From a virus: DNA of 41,493 nucleotides. Every line of letters starts with the position of its first letter. Position 1 is the first letter of the stretch. The stretch lies in the IMG/VR virus record IMGVR_UViG_3300039305_000005; one strand, given 5' to 3'. The notes under the pieces are model-generated. The model was not told where the DNA came from and searched no databases. It saw only the letters and a list, made by a program, of their open reading frames with translations. This document shows positions 6,896 through 14,396 of the stretch, in pieces. The position numbers were made by a program, and so were the translations under genes.

Positions 6896-8477
6896 AGCAA
6901 AATCTTCGACAAAGCGCCCGGCTGGGTTTTCCCGCCGGGCTTCTGCCTTTTTAGCGGCAGCCGTGGCCAGTGCGTTCGCGCCGGTGATGGAGCCGCTTTT
7001 CAACTTCGCACCTGGTGCGCTGGAAGCGCGCGATGCCGCTCGCGAAAAGCTCGCAGCTGAACGCGCAGCGCTAACTGAAGACAAGCTATCGTTTCGCGAA
7101 TTCGTTTCCCTGGTCAATCCAAAATATCGTTGGTTCAAACACTGCGAAGTACTTGGGGATGTTCTGCAGCGTGTGGCCGATGGCGAGATCGATCGCTTGA
7201 TGATCTTCATGCCACCGCGTCACGGCAAAAGCGAAGAAACCTCACGACTCTTCACCGCTTACTTTTTGTATCGCTATCCAAACCGCTGGGTAGGTCTGGC
7301 GTCGTATGCCGCTGATCTGGCCTATACGCTGTCACGAGCGGCGAAAGATAATTTCTTAGCTTCTGGTGGTCAGATCCGCTGGGATGCCAAAGGCGTGAAA
7401 CACTGGCAGACCGAACAGGGCGGCGGCTTGTGGGCTGCCGGCGTTGGCGGTCCCATGACCGGCAAGGGCTGGCATCTCGGAATTATCGACGATCCGCTCA
7501 AGAATGCGGAACAGGCGGCGTCGCTCAAAATTCGTGAGAAACAGAAAGAATGGTTTCAAAGCTCTTTCTCTACTCGAGAAGAACCCGAGGGCGGCGCGCT
7601 CATTTTCATCCTGACGCGGTGGAACGAGGATGACCTGGCCGGCTGGCAGCTCGCCAGTGAAATGGGGCTCGAAGCCGATGAAGCGCAGCGCTGGCATATC
7701 ATCAACTTTCCGGCCCTGGCCGAAAGTGAAGAGGAAGCGCCTGAGTTTCCGGCCAGCTGCACCGTCGAGCCGGATTGGCGCAAGCCTGGTGAGGCGTTGT
7801 GTCCCGAACGCTATAACGTCAAAAAGTTAAAGCGTATCGCGGCGCAAGTCGGCACCTACTTCTGGAACGCGCTATTTCAGCAGCGACCGCGCCCATTAGA
7901 AGGCGCCTTCTTCAAAGCCGATTGGTTTAAGAACATCGTTGGCGCGATCCCTGAAGACTGCAAGCTGGTGCGCTATTGGGACAAAGCGGGTAGTGCGGGC
8001 AAGGGCGATTACACCGTCGGCGTTTTGATGGCGCGCTGGCTCGACGAAGATGGCATTGCAACGTTCTTTATCGTCGACGTGGTGCGTGGCCAGTGGGAAG
8101 CGATCGACCGCGAGCGCGAGATCCGCAAAGTCGCGATGCGTGACGAGTCGCTGTATGGCGAAGGGCGCATCACGATCTGGATGGAGCAAGAAGGTGGCAG
8201 CGGCGGCAAGGAATCGGCGCAGGCGTCCGTGCGTCGCCTGGAAGGCTACAGCGTGCGCACTGAGACTGTTACGGGCAAGGGTGATAAATCCTTGCGCGCG
8301 GATCCGTTTCGCACCCAGGCCAGTGTGGGCAATATTAAGCTGGTTAAAGGCGATTGGATCGTGCCTTATCTGCGTGAGCTGACAGCGTTCCCGAACGGTC
8401 GCAATGATGATCAAGTTGACGCGACAAGTGGTGCGTTTAACAAGTTGGCGCTGGGTCGACGTTGGGAGTGGAATTAA
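6885..8477 (+). CDS. terL: Terminase large subunit
   Basis: P-loop-like MPPRHGKSE, Walker-B-like GIIDDP, and the C-terminal nuclease motif GRNDDQVDATSGAF typical of phage large terminases. It lies next to the portal module. Confidence 0.92.
   Translation: MATKAKSSTKRPAGFSRRASAFLAAAVASAFAPVMEPLFNFAPGALEARDAAREKLAAERAALTEDKLSFREFVSLVNPKYRWFKHCEVLGDVLQRVADGEIDRLMIFMPPRHGKSEETSRLFTAYFLYRYPNRWVGLASYAADLAYTLSRAAKDNFLASGGQIRWDAKGVKHWQTEQGGGLWAAGVGGPMTGKGWHLGIIDDPLKNAEQAASLKIREKQKEWFQSSFSTREEPEGGALIFILTRWNEDDLAGWQLASEMGLEADEAQRWHIINFPALAESEEEAPEFPASCTVEPDWRKPGEALCPERYNVKKLKRIAAQVGTYFWNALFQQRPRPLEGAFFKADWFKNIVGAIPEDCKLVRYWDKAGSAGKGDYTVGVLMARWLDEDGIATFFIVDVVRGQWEAIDREREIRKVAMRDESLYGEGRITIWMEQEGGSGGKESAQASVRRLEGYSVRTETVTGKGDKSLRADPFRTQASVGNIKLVKGDWIVPYLRELTAFPNGRNDDQVDATSGAFNKLALGRRWEWN
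7147..7154. repeat. Class-1 palindrome copy (AAGTACTT core)
   Basis: GCGAAGTACTTGGG inside the TerL CDS, read as C-E-V-L-G. Confidence 0.9.
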
Positions 8478-8619
8478 CAACTTCTGGATTATCGGCTTTT
8501 CGATATTCCAGGCACTTGTTGCAGTAGAACAGATCGTATTTCCCGACAACACGCTTATGGCTGTTGAGCCTTACCATGCTGCGCAGGAATACCCATCTGT
8601 GATCGCATTGCAGTCTCAT
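8437..8619 (-). CDS. Small Cys/His-containing hypothetical protein
   Basis: The ATG directly follows the TAA of the KTSC gene (TAAATG). It contains QCDH...CNKC. The 3' end overlaps the TerL 3' end antisense by 41 nt. Confidence 0.35.
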   Translation of the reverse strand: MRLQCDHRWVFLRSMVRLNSHKRVVGKYDLFYCNKCLEYRKADNPEVVNSTPNVDPAPTC

Positions 8620-8832
8620 TTAACCCACTTTGCTGGCGCTGAATCGCCCTTTTACATGCTGGTCCAAGTACTTTCCCTTGGATGCAGCGACCATCAACGA
8701 ATGATAGGTCATCGCGGGCACGCTGGCGTATTGATAGGTGCCACCGCTTTTGAATTCGACTTCGAGCACGCGGCTTTGCACATCATAGCCGATGCTGGCC
8801 ACGTTGGATGAGGAAACGGGTGTGCGTTGCAT
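8620..8832 (-). CDS. KTSC domain protein
   Basis: SSNVASIGYD...LEVEFKSGGTYQYASVP...SKGKY matches the KTSC-domain pattern. Confidence 0.75.
   Translation of the reverse strand: MQRTPVSSSNVASIGYDVQSRVLEVEFKSGGTYQYASVPAMTYHSLMVAASKGKYLDQHVKGRFSASKVG
8666..8674. repeat. Class-1 palindrome copy (AAGTACTT core)
   Basis: CCAAGTACTTTCC inside the minus-strand KTSC gene, read as G-K-Y-L-D. Confidence 0.9.
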
Positions 8833-8837
8833 AGTGC

Positions 8838-9641
8838 TTATCTCTCCTTACCAATTGTTACCGTTTTTGCATTGTCGTTACTTATTGCGACGATAGTGCC
8901 CGTGTTTTCAATGACATGCCAGTAATCGCCCTCGTGCGCTAATAAGCGACCTCGAACGATGGTGTTATCTTTTTTGATTTCAATGCTGGTTAATGGTGGT
9001 TCATTCAGGTCTCCGTGTAGAGCTGCAGAAAGAAACATATTGGCGTAGCCAAGACTAAAAATAATCGCCACCACGACAGGAAAAGAAAGATTGTGTTTTC
9101 GTGACTGAGTAGTCACAATTATAAATCCAATCATTGTCAGTCCAGCTACCATGAACCTCGCAATAAAGGGAACCAACATCTGCAAAGGTTGCAATGAACC
9201 AAGTCTTAGTGCTTCCTGTGCTGGAATAACTGAGAAAAGTAGAATCCATATAAGGGCATATTTCATCAAGAATTGATAGAAACCGTTAGGTATCGAGTAT
9301 TTCTTACTCAAAAAGGATCCATCTTGATCCTCTGTAGGATCTCCTTGAAGAAATTCACGCCGGCTTAGGACAATACCGAAGATTATTACCACCAAAAAAG
9401 TTACTGGGCTATACAAAATTGCTTGAAGACCCTGACCAAATACTATTTGCTGAGGAACCATTGTGGCCGCATACCAGGTGGCAGCAAAAGGAAGTTGATA
9501 GGTAAGGTGTATCTGGACCGATAGTAACAAAATACCACACGTATATAAGAACCCTGCCACGGCGGTAATTGCTGATATCAGATCGATCAGATTTGCAAAT
9601 GATTGCTTTGATGATTCCTGCTTCTCTTCTGCCACTTCCAT
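8838..9641 (-). CDS. Multi-pass membrane protein (A+T-rich moron; possible exclusion or abortive-infection function)
   Basis: At least 6 hydrophobic segments, then a soluble C-terminal tail (DNTIVRGRLLAHEGDYWHVIENTGTIVAISNDNAKTV). It is antisense and inserted between TerL and the portal gene. AGGA lies before ATG 9641. Confidence 0.75.
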   Translation of the reverse strand: MEVAEEKQESSKQSFANLIDLISAITAVAGFLYTCGILLLSVQIHLTYQLPFAATWYAATMVPQQIVFGQGLQAILYSPVTFLVVIIFGIVLSRREFLQGDPTEDQDGSFLSKKYSIPNGFYQFLMKYALIWILLFSVIPAQEALRLGSLQPLQMLVPFIARFMVAGLTMIGFIIVTTQSRKHNLSFPVVVAIIFSLGYANMFLSAALHGDLNEPPLTSIEIKKDNTIVRGRLLAHEGDYWHVIENTGTIVAISNDNAKTVTIGKER

Positions 9642-9719
9642 TCCTGTTAATTCAAATTGACTTTCCTATTTTAGTCCGTTTCTCGTGCTTACACGTACCC
9701 CTGCATTAAACAGCTGGGT

Positions 9720-11033
9720 ATGAAATTCTTGCAGCAAATCGGCAAAGCGCTCAAACAGCCCGTTTTCTCCGGCTACGGTGGCCGTGGTGGCTGGGGCATG
9801 CGTTCGGGCCTCTTCAGTAATGGATCCTTCGATTACAGGCGCGAAGCCGGTCCGTTGTGGGAGTCGTGCATCCCCTTTATGTGCCTGCGTTGGGAGCAAC
9901 GTGCCACGATCGAGGCGGAACTGGTTATCCAGCGTCGCGACGAAAATGGCGATTGGAAAAACGATCCCGATCACTCCGCGATGGAGCTGATCTCCAATCC
10001 TAACCCCTTCTTTGACATCCACCAGCTGCTCGATGCGGTGCGTTTCGATTATCACCTGTCGGGCAATGGCTACATTCACATAGTGCGCTCGAAATCGCGT
10101 AAGGTCCGCCAACTCTGGTGGATCCCTTCCTGGATGATCGAGCCGCGTTGGGAAGAGAACGGTCTGGAGTTCATCAACTGTTACGAATACATGGTTGATG
10201 GCGTCTCCTACGCTCTGCCGGTTGAGGATATCATCCACTTCAAAAACGGCATCGATCCGCGTACGTTTGGCCGTAAAGGTTTGGGCGACTTCTCCGCGAC
10301 ACTGCGCGAAGTCTGCACCGATAACGAGCGCGCGGTCTTCACCGCGAGCTTGTTGCGCAATATGGGCATTCCTGGCGTGATTATCAGTCCCAAGGGCGGC
10401 AGCGCTGGCGATGAAGCCTCATTAACCAAGCGACAGCGCGCCGAGATCAAAGAAATCTGGAGCGAGTTCACTGGTGAAGGCCGTGGCGAGCCCTGGGTGC
10501 AGTCGATCCCGGTCGAAGTCAACATGCCAGGATTCAGCCCGCAACAGCTGCTGATCGATAAGATATCGTCGATTCCTGAACAGCGCTTGTGCGGTTCGTT
10601 TGGCATTCCGGCCAGCGTGCTGCAGCTGGGCACCGGCCTGGAGAATTCCAACACCAAAGCCAACAAAGGCGACGATCGCGAGCAGGCTTACGAGAGCTGC
10701 GTGATTCCGACGTTGCAGGTCTTCGCGCGCACTTTAACGCGCGTTTTGATGAGCGAGCTCGATGACATTCGCAAAGTGCGCTTCTGGTTCGATCTGTCGG
10801 AAGTCCGGTGCCTGGCCGAAGACGAAAACGCGATTTCGAAGATGCTGACCGAAGCCTGTGGTGGTCCCTATATGACCGTCAATGAAGCGCGCGGACGTCG
10901 CGGTTTAAAGCCGATCCCGGGCGGCGATGACGTGCGCGCTGGCAAAGCGAAGTCAGGTGCCGAAGATGGTACCGAAAAACCCGACGCAGATCCTGCCGAA
11001 AATTCCACCAACGAAGAGAAAGAAGCGGCCTAA
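9720..11033 (+). CDS. Portal protein (HK97-like family)
   Basis: 437 aa, positioned between the terminase and the prohead protease. The sequence character is typical of HK97-type portals and the C-terminus is acidic. Confidence 0.88.
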   Translation: MKFLQQIGKALKQPVFSGYGGRGGWGMRSGLFSNGSFDYRREAGPLWESCIPFMCLRWEQRATIEAELVIQRRDENGDWKNDPDHSAMELISNPNPFFDIHQLLDAVRFDYHLSGNGYIHIVRSKSRKVRQLWWIPSWMIEPRWEENGLEFINCYEYMVDGVSYALPVEDIIHFKNGIDPRTFGRKGLGDFSATLREVCTDNERAVFTASLLRNMGIPGVIISPKGGSAGDEASLTKRQRAEIKEIWSEFTGEGRGEPWVQSIPVEVNMPGFSPQQLLIDKISSIPEQRLCGSFGIPASVLQLGTGLENSNTKANKGDDREQAYESCVIPTLQVFARTLTRVLMSELDDIRKVRFWFDLSEVRCLAEDENAISKMLTEACGGPYMTVNEARGRRGLKPIPGGDDVRAGKAKSGAEDGTEKPDADPAENSTNEEKEAA

Positions 11034-11034
11034 C

Positions 11035-13701
11035 ATGAAAAGTACTTTTAACACCCTCACCATGCTGGGCGGCTCGATCAAGTCGCTGGGTATTTCTGAT
11101 ATCAAGGGCCGTCGCGTTGGTAGGCTGGGCGGCACACTCTGTTTGCACTCGACGGCCAACGATCCGGACGCTACCAAAGCGCGCGATTTCTTCGATGCGT
11201 CCACCGATTTCAAGATGACCGACGGCATGATCGTGCCGGTGTATTTCCATCACGGTCTGCATCAGCGCATTGGCGTCAAGCAGATTGGAGAAGGTCGCAT
11301 CTTTCGCGATGCCAATGGCGTGCAGATTGAAGCGGAGATATGGCTCGATGATCCGGATGGTATGAAATCCTACAATGACGCGTGCGCCGGCAAACTGGGC
11401 TGGTCCAGTGGCACCGCTGCGCACCTGGTGCAGCGCACGGCAGTCAAAACCGACGCCGGCACTTCGCACCACATCGATCACTGGCCGATGGGATTGGATG
11501 CTTCGCTGACACCCACGCCGGCGGAACCACGCAACAAGGCGATGGAGATTAAGTCATCGATCGCCATACCTGCTAATCCTGATGATTGGACACCGGAAGA
11601 TTGGACGCGCTGGATGGCCAATAGCAACGAAACGTTGCAGGATCTGGCCGATCGCTTGAATGCCGCCAACATGAACAGCAAATCGAAGTCTTATGATTTC
11701 GCGTCGACGCAGTGCAATTTATCTGAAGCGGCTGCCGATATCGTCCGCAGCTGGGCAGCGGCGCGGATTCCCGATGAAGTGCTGGCAGATAACGGTCGCG
11801 ACAAAGAACCTCACATCACAGTACTTTATGGCCTGCATGAAGACGCGATCGAGCCGGTGCAATATCTGGCCGATGGCTTTGGCGAGATCAAGGCCACTGT
11901 GGGCGATATCGACGTATTTGGGGCCCGTGATTATGACGTGGTGATTCTGCGCATCGAAAGCAAAGATCTGCACCGTTTGCATGGTCGCTTATCAACACTG
12001 CCACACACCTCGACATTTCCCACTTACGAGCCACACATCACACTCGCTTATGTGAAATCTGGCGAGGGTGCGCAGTTCAAAGGCAGTGGACCATTGACCG
12101 GCGAGGTTTTGACGTTTGATGGTTTTTCTTTGAGCGATAAAAGTGGCGCGAGGACCAGAATCGAGATCAAAGCTGATATCGATGGCATGAAGCGCGGCAA
12201 GTTGCCCAAGAAAGGCGCCGGGCACTGGATCACCCATGCCGGTCATCACGTCTTTATTCCCGATCGTCAGGTAAACGAGGATCATGTGTTCGCCGCTGGC
12301 GTAGCGCACGATCTGGGAGAGGAAGCCCACAAAGTACTTGACCAGGCGCACAAGGATGGCGAGATCCAGAACGCGGCGCATTTGCATTTGTCGTTAGCGC
12401 ACGCCAATCGCCTGAAGGAAAAGGGCGTCGATGAAGTGCAGGCGCTGAAAAAAGGCATTGAGCGTCACGGTTATAACGGCAACGCCAGCCACGCGCAGAA
12501 ATATCGCAACGCGGTCGAATCGGCGCAGCTGGCGGAACTGATTCGCGCCAACGTCGAGGCACGCCAGGCACGTCGCGATAAGATCGAGACGTTTCGCGCT
12601 TCTGGTGAAGATATCGTCGACTATGTGTCGCGCCATGCAGACACCATCGAGGAACATCATCGCATGGCCAAAGAGCTGGGTTTCAACTCGACAACCTGGG
12701 ACGATCAGCGCAACAACGCGCGACGCGAGAAAGAGCGCAAACGCCGGCGTGCGGACTCGGCACTGCGCGATCGCATTGCGCTGGCCAAAATGGTCGATGA
12801 AATCGAGTTCGATATCGCTGACGGTATCAAAGCGTATGATCCGAACCAATCGCGAGATGAGCGCGGTCGCTGGAGCGGTGGTGCCACGCACATCGGTTTG
12901 TTGCAGCATACGAACGAACACGTGAAGCCAAAAGCCTGGCATGAACGCACTCCCGACGAAAGCCATGCGATGTTTGAGCGCGCGTTTGCCAGTGCCGGTA
13001 TTGAAGTTTCAACGCGACAGATGCTCGACAATTCGCGCGAACACTCTGTCACGATTCAGCATCCCAAAGTTGACCGGGCTTTCTACGAGACCGTGCGGGA
13101 GCCGCGTGGTGTGCAATACAATCAGGAGCAAATCCGCCAGGTGGCGATCGCGAACTTAGCCTCTCGCGAGCACCAGGCGCATGTCGAGCGCGCCGCCAGC
13201 CAGGGCAAGGCGATTCCGGAGCACATCCTGGATCATTATCCGCACCTGCATCCCGACAACGGTGGCCAGGCGCAAGTGTTGGCGGATCCGCGCAAGCCTC
13301 ACGAGAAACCGAAGTCAGAATATGTGATCGACAAACAGCGCAGCCCGCTGGGTCGACTCGACGCGCTGCATTTCGGAGAAGGGTACCGGAATCCACGCCG
13401 CCAGCCGCCAAGCCACACCACGCAGGATGTGTACGAGCGCGAGCATTCCAAGTTTGTGCAGGCAGCGGTCGAGCGCGGTGATTATGTGCCGCGTGAGGTG
13501 TTGCACGATTACCCGGAGTTGGCCAAAACCGTGGCGCAGCGTTACGTCAACGCCGACGGCATGACGCCGGCAGAAGTGCCGCCAGCGCCCAAACCGACGC
13601 TGGAAATTATTCCGTCGACGCGCCAGCAGATGACATCTCTCAAGATGAACATGTTGCGCCGCGATCTGATGCGTGCGCAGCTCGATTTGTTGCGCATCTA
13701 A
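11035..13701 (+). CDS. Prohead (S78/HK97-type) protease fused to a 2H-phosphoesterase (LigT-like) domain and a long polyvalent C-terminal extension
   Basis: ATG 11035 lies 1 nt after the portal TAA. Protease-like N-terminus: VPVYFHHG...GKLGWSSG...DASLTPTPAEP. Two HxT motifs: HITVLYG (nt 11812-11832) and HITLAYV (nt 12034-12054). DPNQSRDERGRWSGG at nt 12838-12882. Repeated IPEHILDHYPHL and VPREVLHDYPEL motifs. Confidence 0.85.
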   Translation: MKSTFNTLTMLGGSIKSLGISDIKGRRVGRLGGTLCLHSTANDPDATKARDFFDASTDFKMTDGMIVPVYFHHGLHQRIGVKQIGEGRIFRDANGVQIEAEIWLDDPDGMKSYNDACAGKLGWSSGTAAHLVQRTAVKTDAGTSHHIDHWPMGLDASLTPTPAEPRNKAMEIKSSIAIPANPDDWTPEDWTRWMANSNETLQDLADRLNAANMNSKSKSYDFASTQCNLSEAAADIVRSWAAARIPDEVLADNGRDKEPHITVLYGLHEDAIEPVQYLADGFGEIKATVGDIDVFGARDYDVVILRIESKDLHRLHGRLSTLPHTSTFPTYEPHITLAYVKSGEGAQFKGSGPLTGEVLTFDGFSLSDKSGARTRIEIKADIDGMKRGKLPKKGAGHWITHAGHHVFIPDRQVNEDHVFAAGVAHDLGEEAHKVLDQAHKDGEIQNAAHLHLSLAHANRLKEKGVDEVQALKKGIERHGYNGNASHAQKYRNAVESAQLAELIRANVEARQARRDKIETFRASGEDIVDYVSRHADTIEEHHRMAKELGFNSTTWDDQRNNARREKERKRRRADSALRDRIALAKMVDEIEFDIADGIKAYDPNQSRDERGRWSGGATHIGLLQHTNEHVKPKAWHERTPDESHAMFERAFASAGIEVSTRQMLDNSREHSVTIQHPKVDRAFYETVREPRGVQYNQEQIRQVAIANLASREHQAHVERAASQGKAIPEHILDHYPHLHPDNGGQAQVLADPRKPHEKPKSEYVIDKQRSPLGRLDALHFGEGYRNPRRQPPSHTTQDVYEREHSKFVQAAVERGDYVPREVLHDYPELAKTVAQRYVNADGMTPAEVPPAPKPTLEIIPSTRQQMTSLKMNMLRRDLMRAQLDLLRI
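11038..11049. repeat. Class-1 palindrome copy (AAGTACTT core)
   Basis: AAAAGTACTTTT forms codons 2-5 (K-S-T-F) of the protease fusion gene, immediately after its ATG. Confidence 0.9.
12331..12339. repeat. Class-1 palindrome copy (AAGTACTT core)
   Basis: CACAAAGTACTTGAC inside the CDS, read as H-K-V-L-D. Confidence 0.9.
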
Positions 13702-13706
13702 AAAGT

Positions 13707-13719
13707 TGACCCAGGGTCA
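13707..13719. repeat. Class-2 palindrome TGACCCAGGGTCA
   Basis: Starts 5 nt after the TAA (13699-13701) of the protease fusion gene. Confidence 0.9.
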
Positions 13720-13725
13720 GAATTG

Positions 13726-13775
13726 AACGTCGAGTAAGTGTTTTTCCGCTTGCTCGACGTTTTCTTTTTCTTTTT
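13726..13775 (+). terminator. Intrinsic terminator
   Basis: AACGTCGAG (13726-13734) pairs with CTCGACGTT (13753-13761), followed by the T-rich run TTCTTTTTCTTTTT. Confidence 0.6.
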
Positions 13776-13803
13776 GTAGTTTTTCCTCAACCTGTGCTAA
13801 AAT
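13774..13803 (+). promoter_or_regulatory. Sigma70-like promoter candidate for the non-coding unit
   Basis: TTGTAG (13774-13779), an 18-nt spacer, then TAAAAT (13798-13803). Confidence 0.4.
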
Positions 13804-13956
13804 TGCATCGGTACATAACAGTCATGCCAATCTCCCGCGTTGAACTTCTCATTCAAGTCCTCTATGAAGTGATTTGCTATGCAAAGAGCTTGATGGAGAC
13901 GCGTTTAAAATGCGTGAGTAAGAGTGAGCAGAAACGGGAACGGCAGGCCATTCATG

Positions 13957-14029
13957 CGGGAAGTAGCTCAGTAGCAGAGCGGCGGGTTACTTGAATCCGT
14001 GCGCGTAGGTGCAAGTCCTACCTTCCTGA
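13957..14029 (+). tRNA. Degenerate tRNA-like element (cloverleaf-compatible; anticodon arm non-canonical, CUU if a 7-nt loop is assumed)
   Basis: - Acceptor stem: CGGGAAG / CTTCCTG.
- D arm: GCTC-AGTAGCA-GAGC.
- Anticodon stem: CGGGT / ATCCG, with loop TACTTGA (A at position 33).
- Variable region: 5 nt.
- T arm: GTAGG-TGCAAGT-CCTAC.
- The conserved GG of the D loop and the TTC of the T loop are absent. Confidence 0.5.
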
Positions 14030-14357
14030 ACAATGCCATATAGGCCGTCTGTGAGCCTTCATCACGTCGTTCTCTTCTCAGAGAGTGTTGGAGGAAGGGC
14101 GAAAGATCACAGAGCATCCAGCGCCGGGTGATGGCCCTGCACGGTGGGCGTGTTGAACGTGCTGCAGCGAAGCCGGACCGCTCTTGGATAAAAGAGGGAA
14201 AGGTACCTTCCAGACAGGCCCGTAAACGTCAACGCAGGCGTGACAGCCGGAGAGACGGCACTTTTACAACTTGTTAGGGTGAGTCTTCATTGACTATGCC
14301 CGCACATTCGAATTTCATGCGCAGCGACACGCATGGAATCGATGTGCGGGCTTTTTT
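14030..14357 (+). ncRNA. Candidate structured non-coding RNA downstream of the tRNA-like element
   Basis: No credible ORF in this stretch. Long-range pairing of GGCCGTCTG (14043-14051) with CAGAC-A-GGCC (14211-14220). Nested local hairpins: CTCT/AGAG, CTCTT/AAGAG (14181-14196) and GGAAAGGTACCTTCC (14197-14211). It ends in a strong terminator. Confidence 0.4.
14298..14357 (+). terminator. Strong intrinsic terminator
   Basis: GCCCGCACAT (14298-14307) pairs with ATGTGCGGGC (14342-14351). An inner stem is formed by CATGCG/CGCATG. TTTTTT follows. Confidence 0.65.
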
Positions 14358-14368
14358 GTTTTGTATCC

Positions 14369-14380
14369 CAAAGTACTTTG
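14369..14380. repeat. Class-1 palindrome copy (AAGTACTT core)
   Basis: CAAAGTACTTTG, ending 16 nt before the capsid ATG 14397. AGGAGA (14385-14390) lies between them. Confidence 0.9.
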
Positions 14381-14396
14381 TCGCAGGAGAGAACAC

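Noticed and set aside
13794-13994. 66-aa ORF in the non-coding region upstream of the capsid gene
   Set aside because: It starts inside the predicted promoter and runs through the tRNA-like element. It has no RBS. Its composition is that of an A+T-rich spacer.
13957-14029. The tRNA-like element as the attP core for integration into a host tRNA gene
   Set aside because: It lies about 19 kb from the integrase gene, inside its own promoter-terminator unit. attP cores normally adjoin int. This cannot be fully excluded without host sequence.
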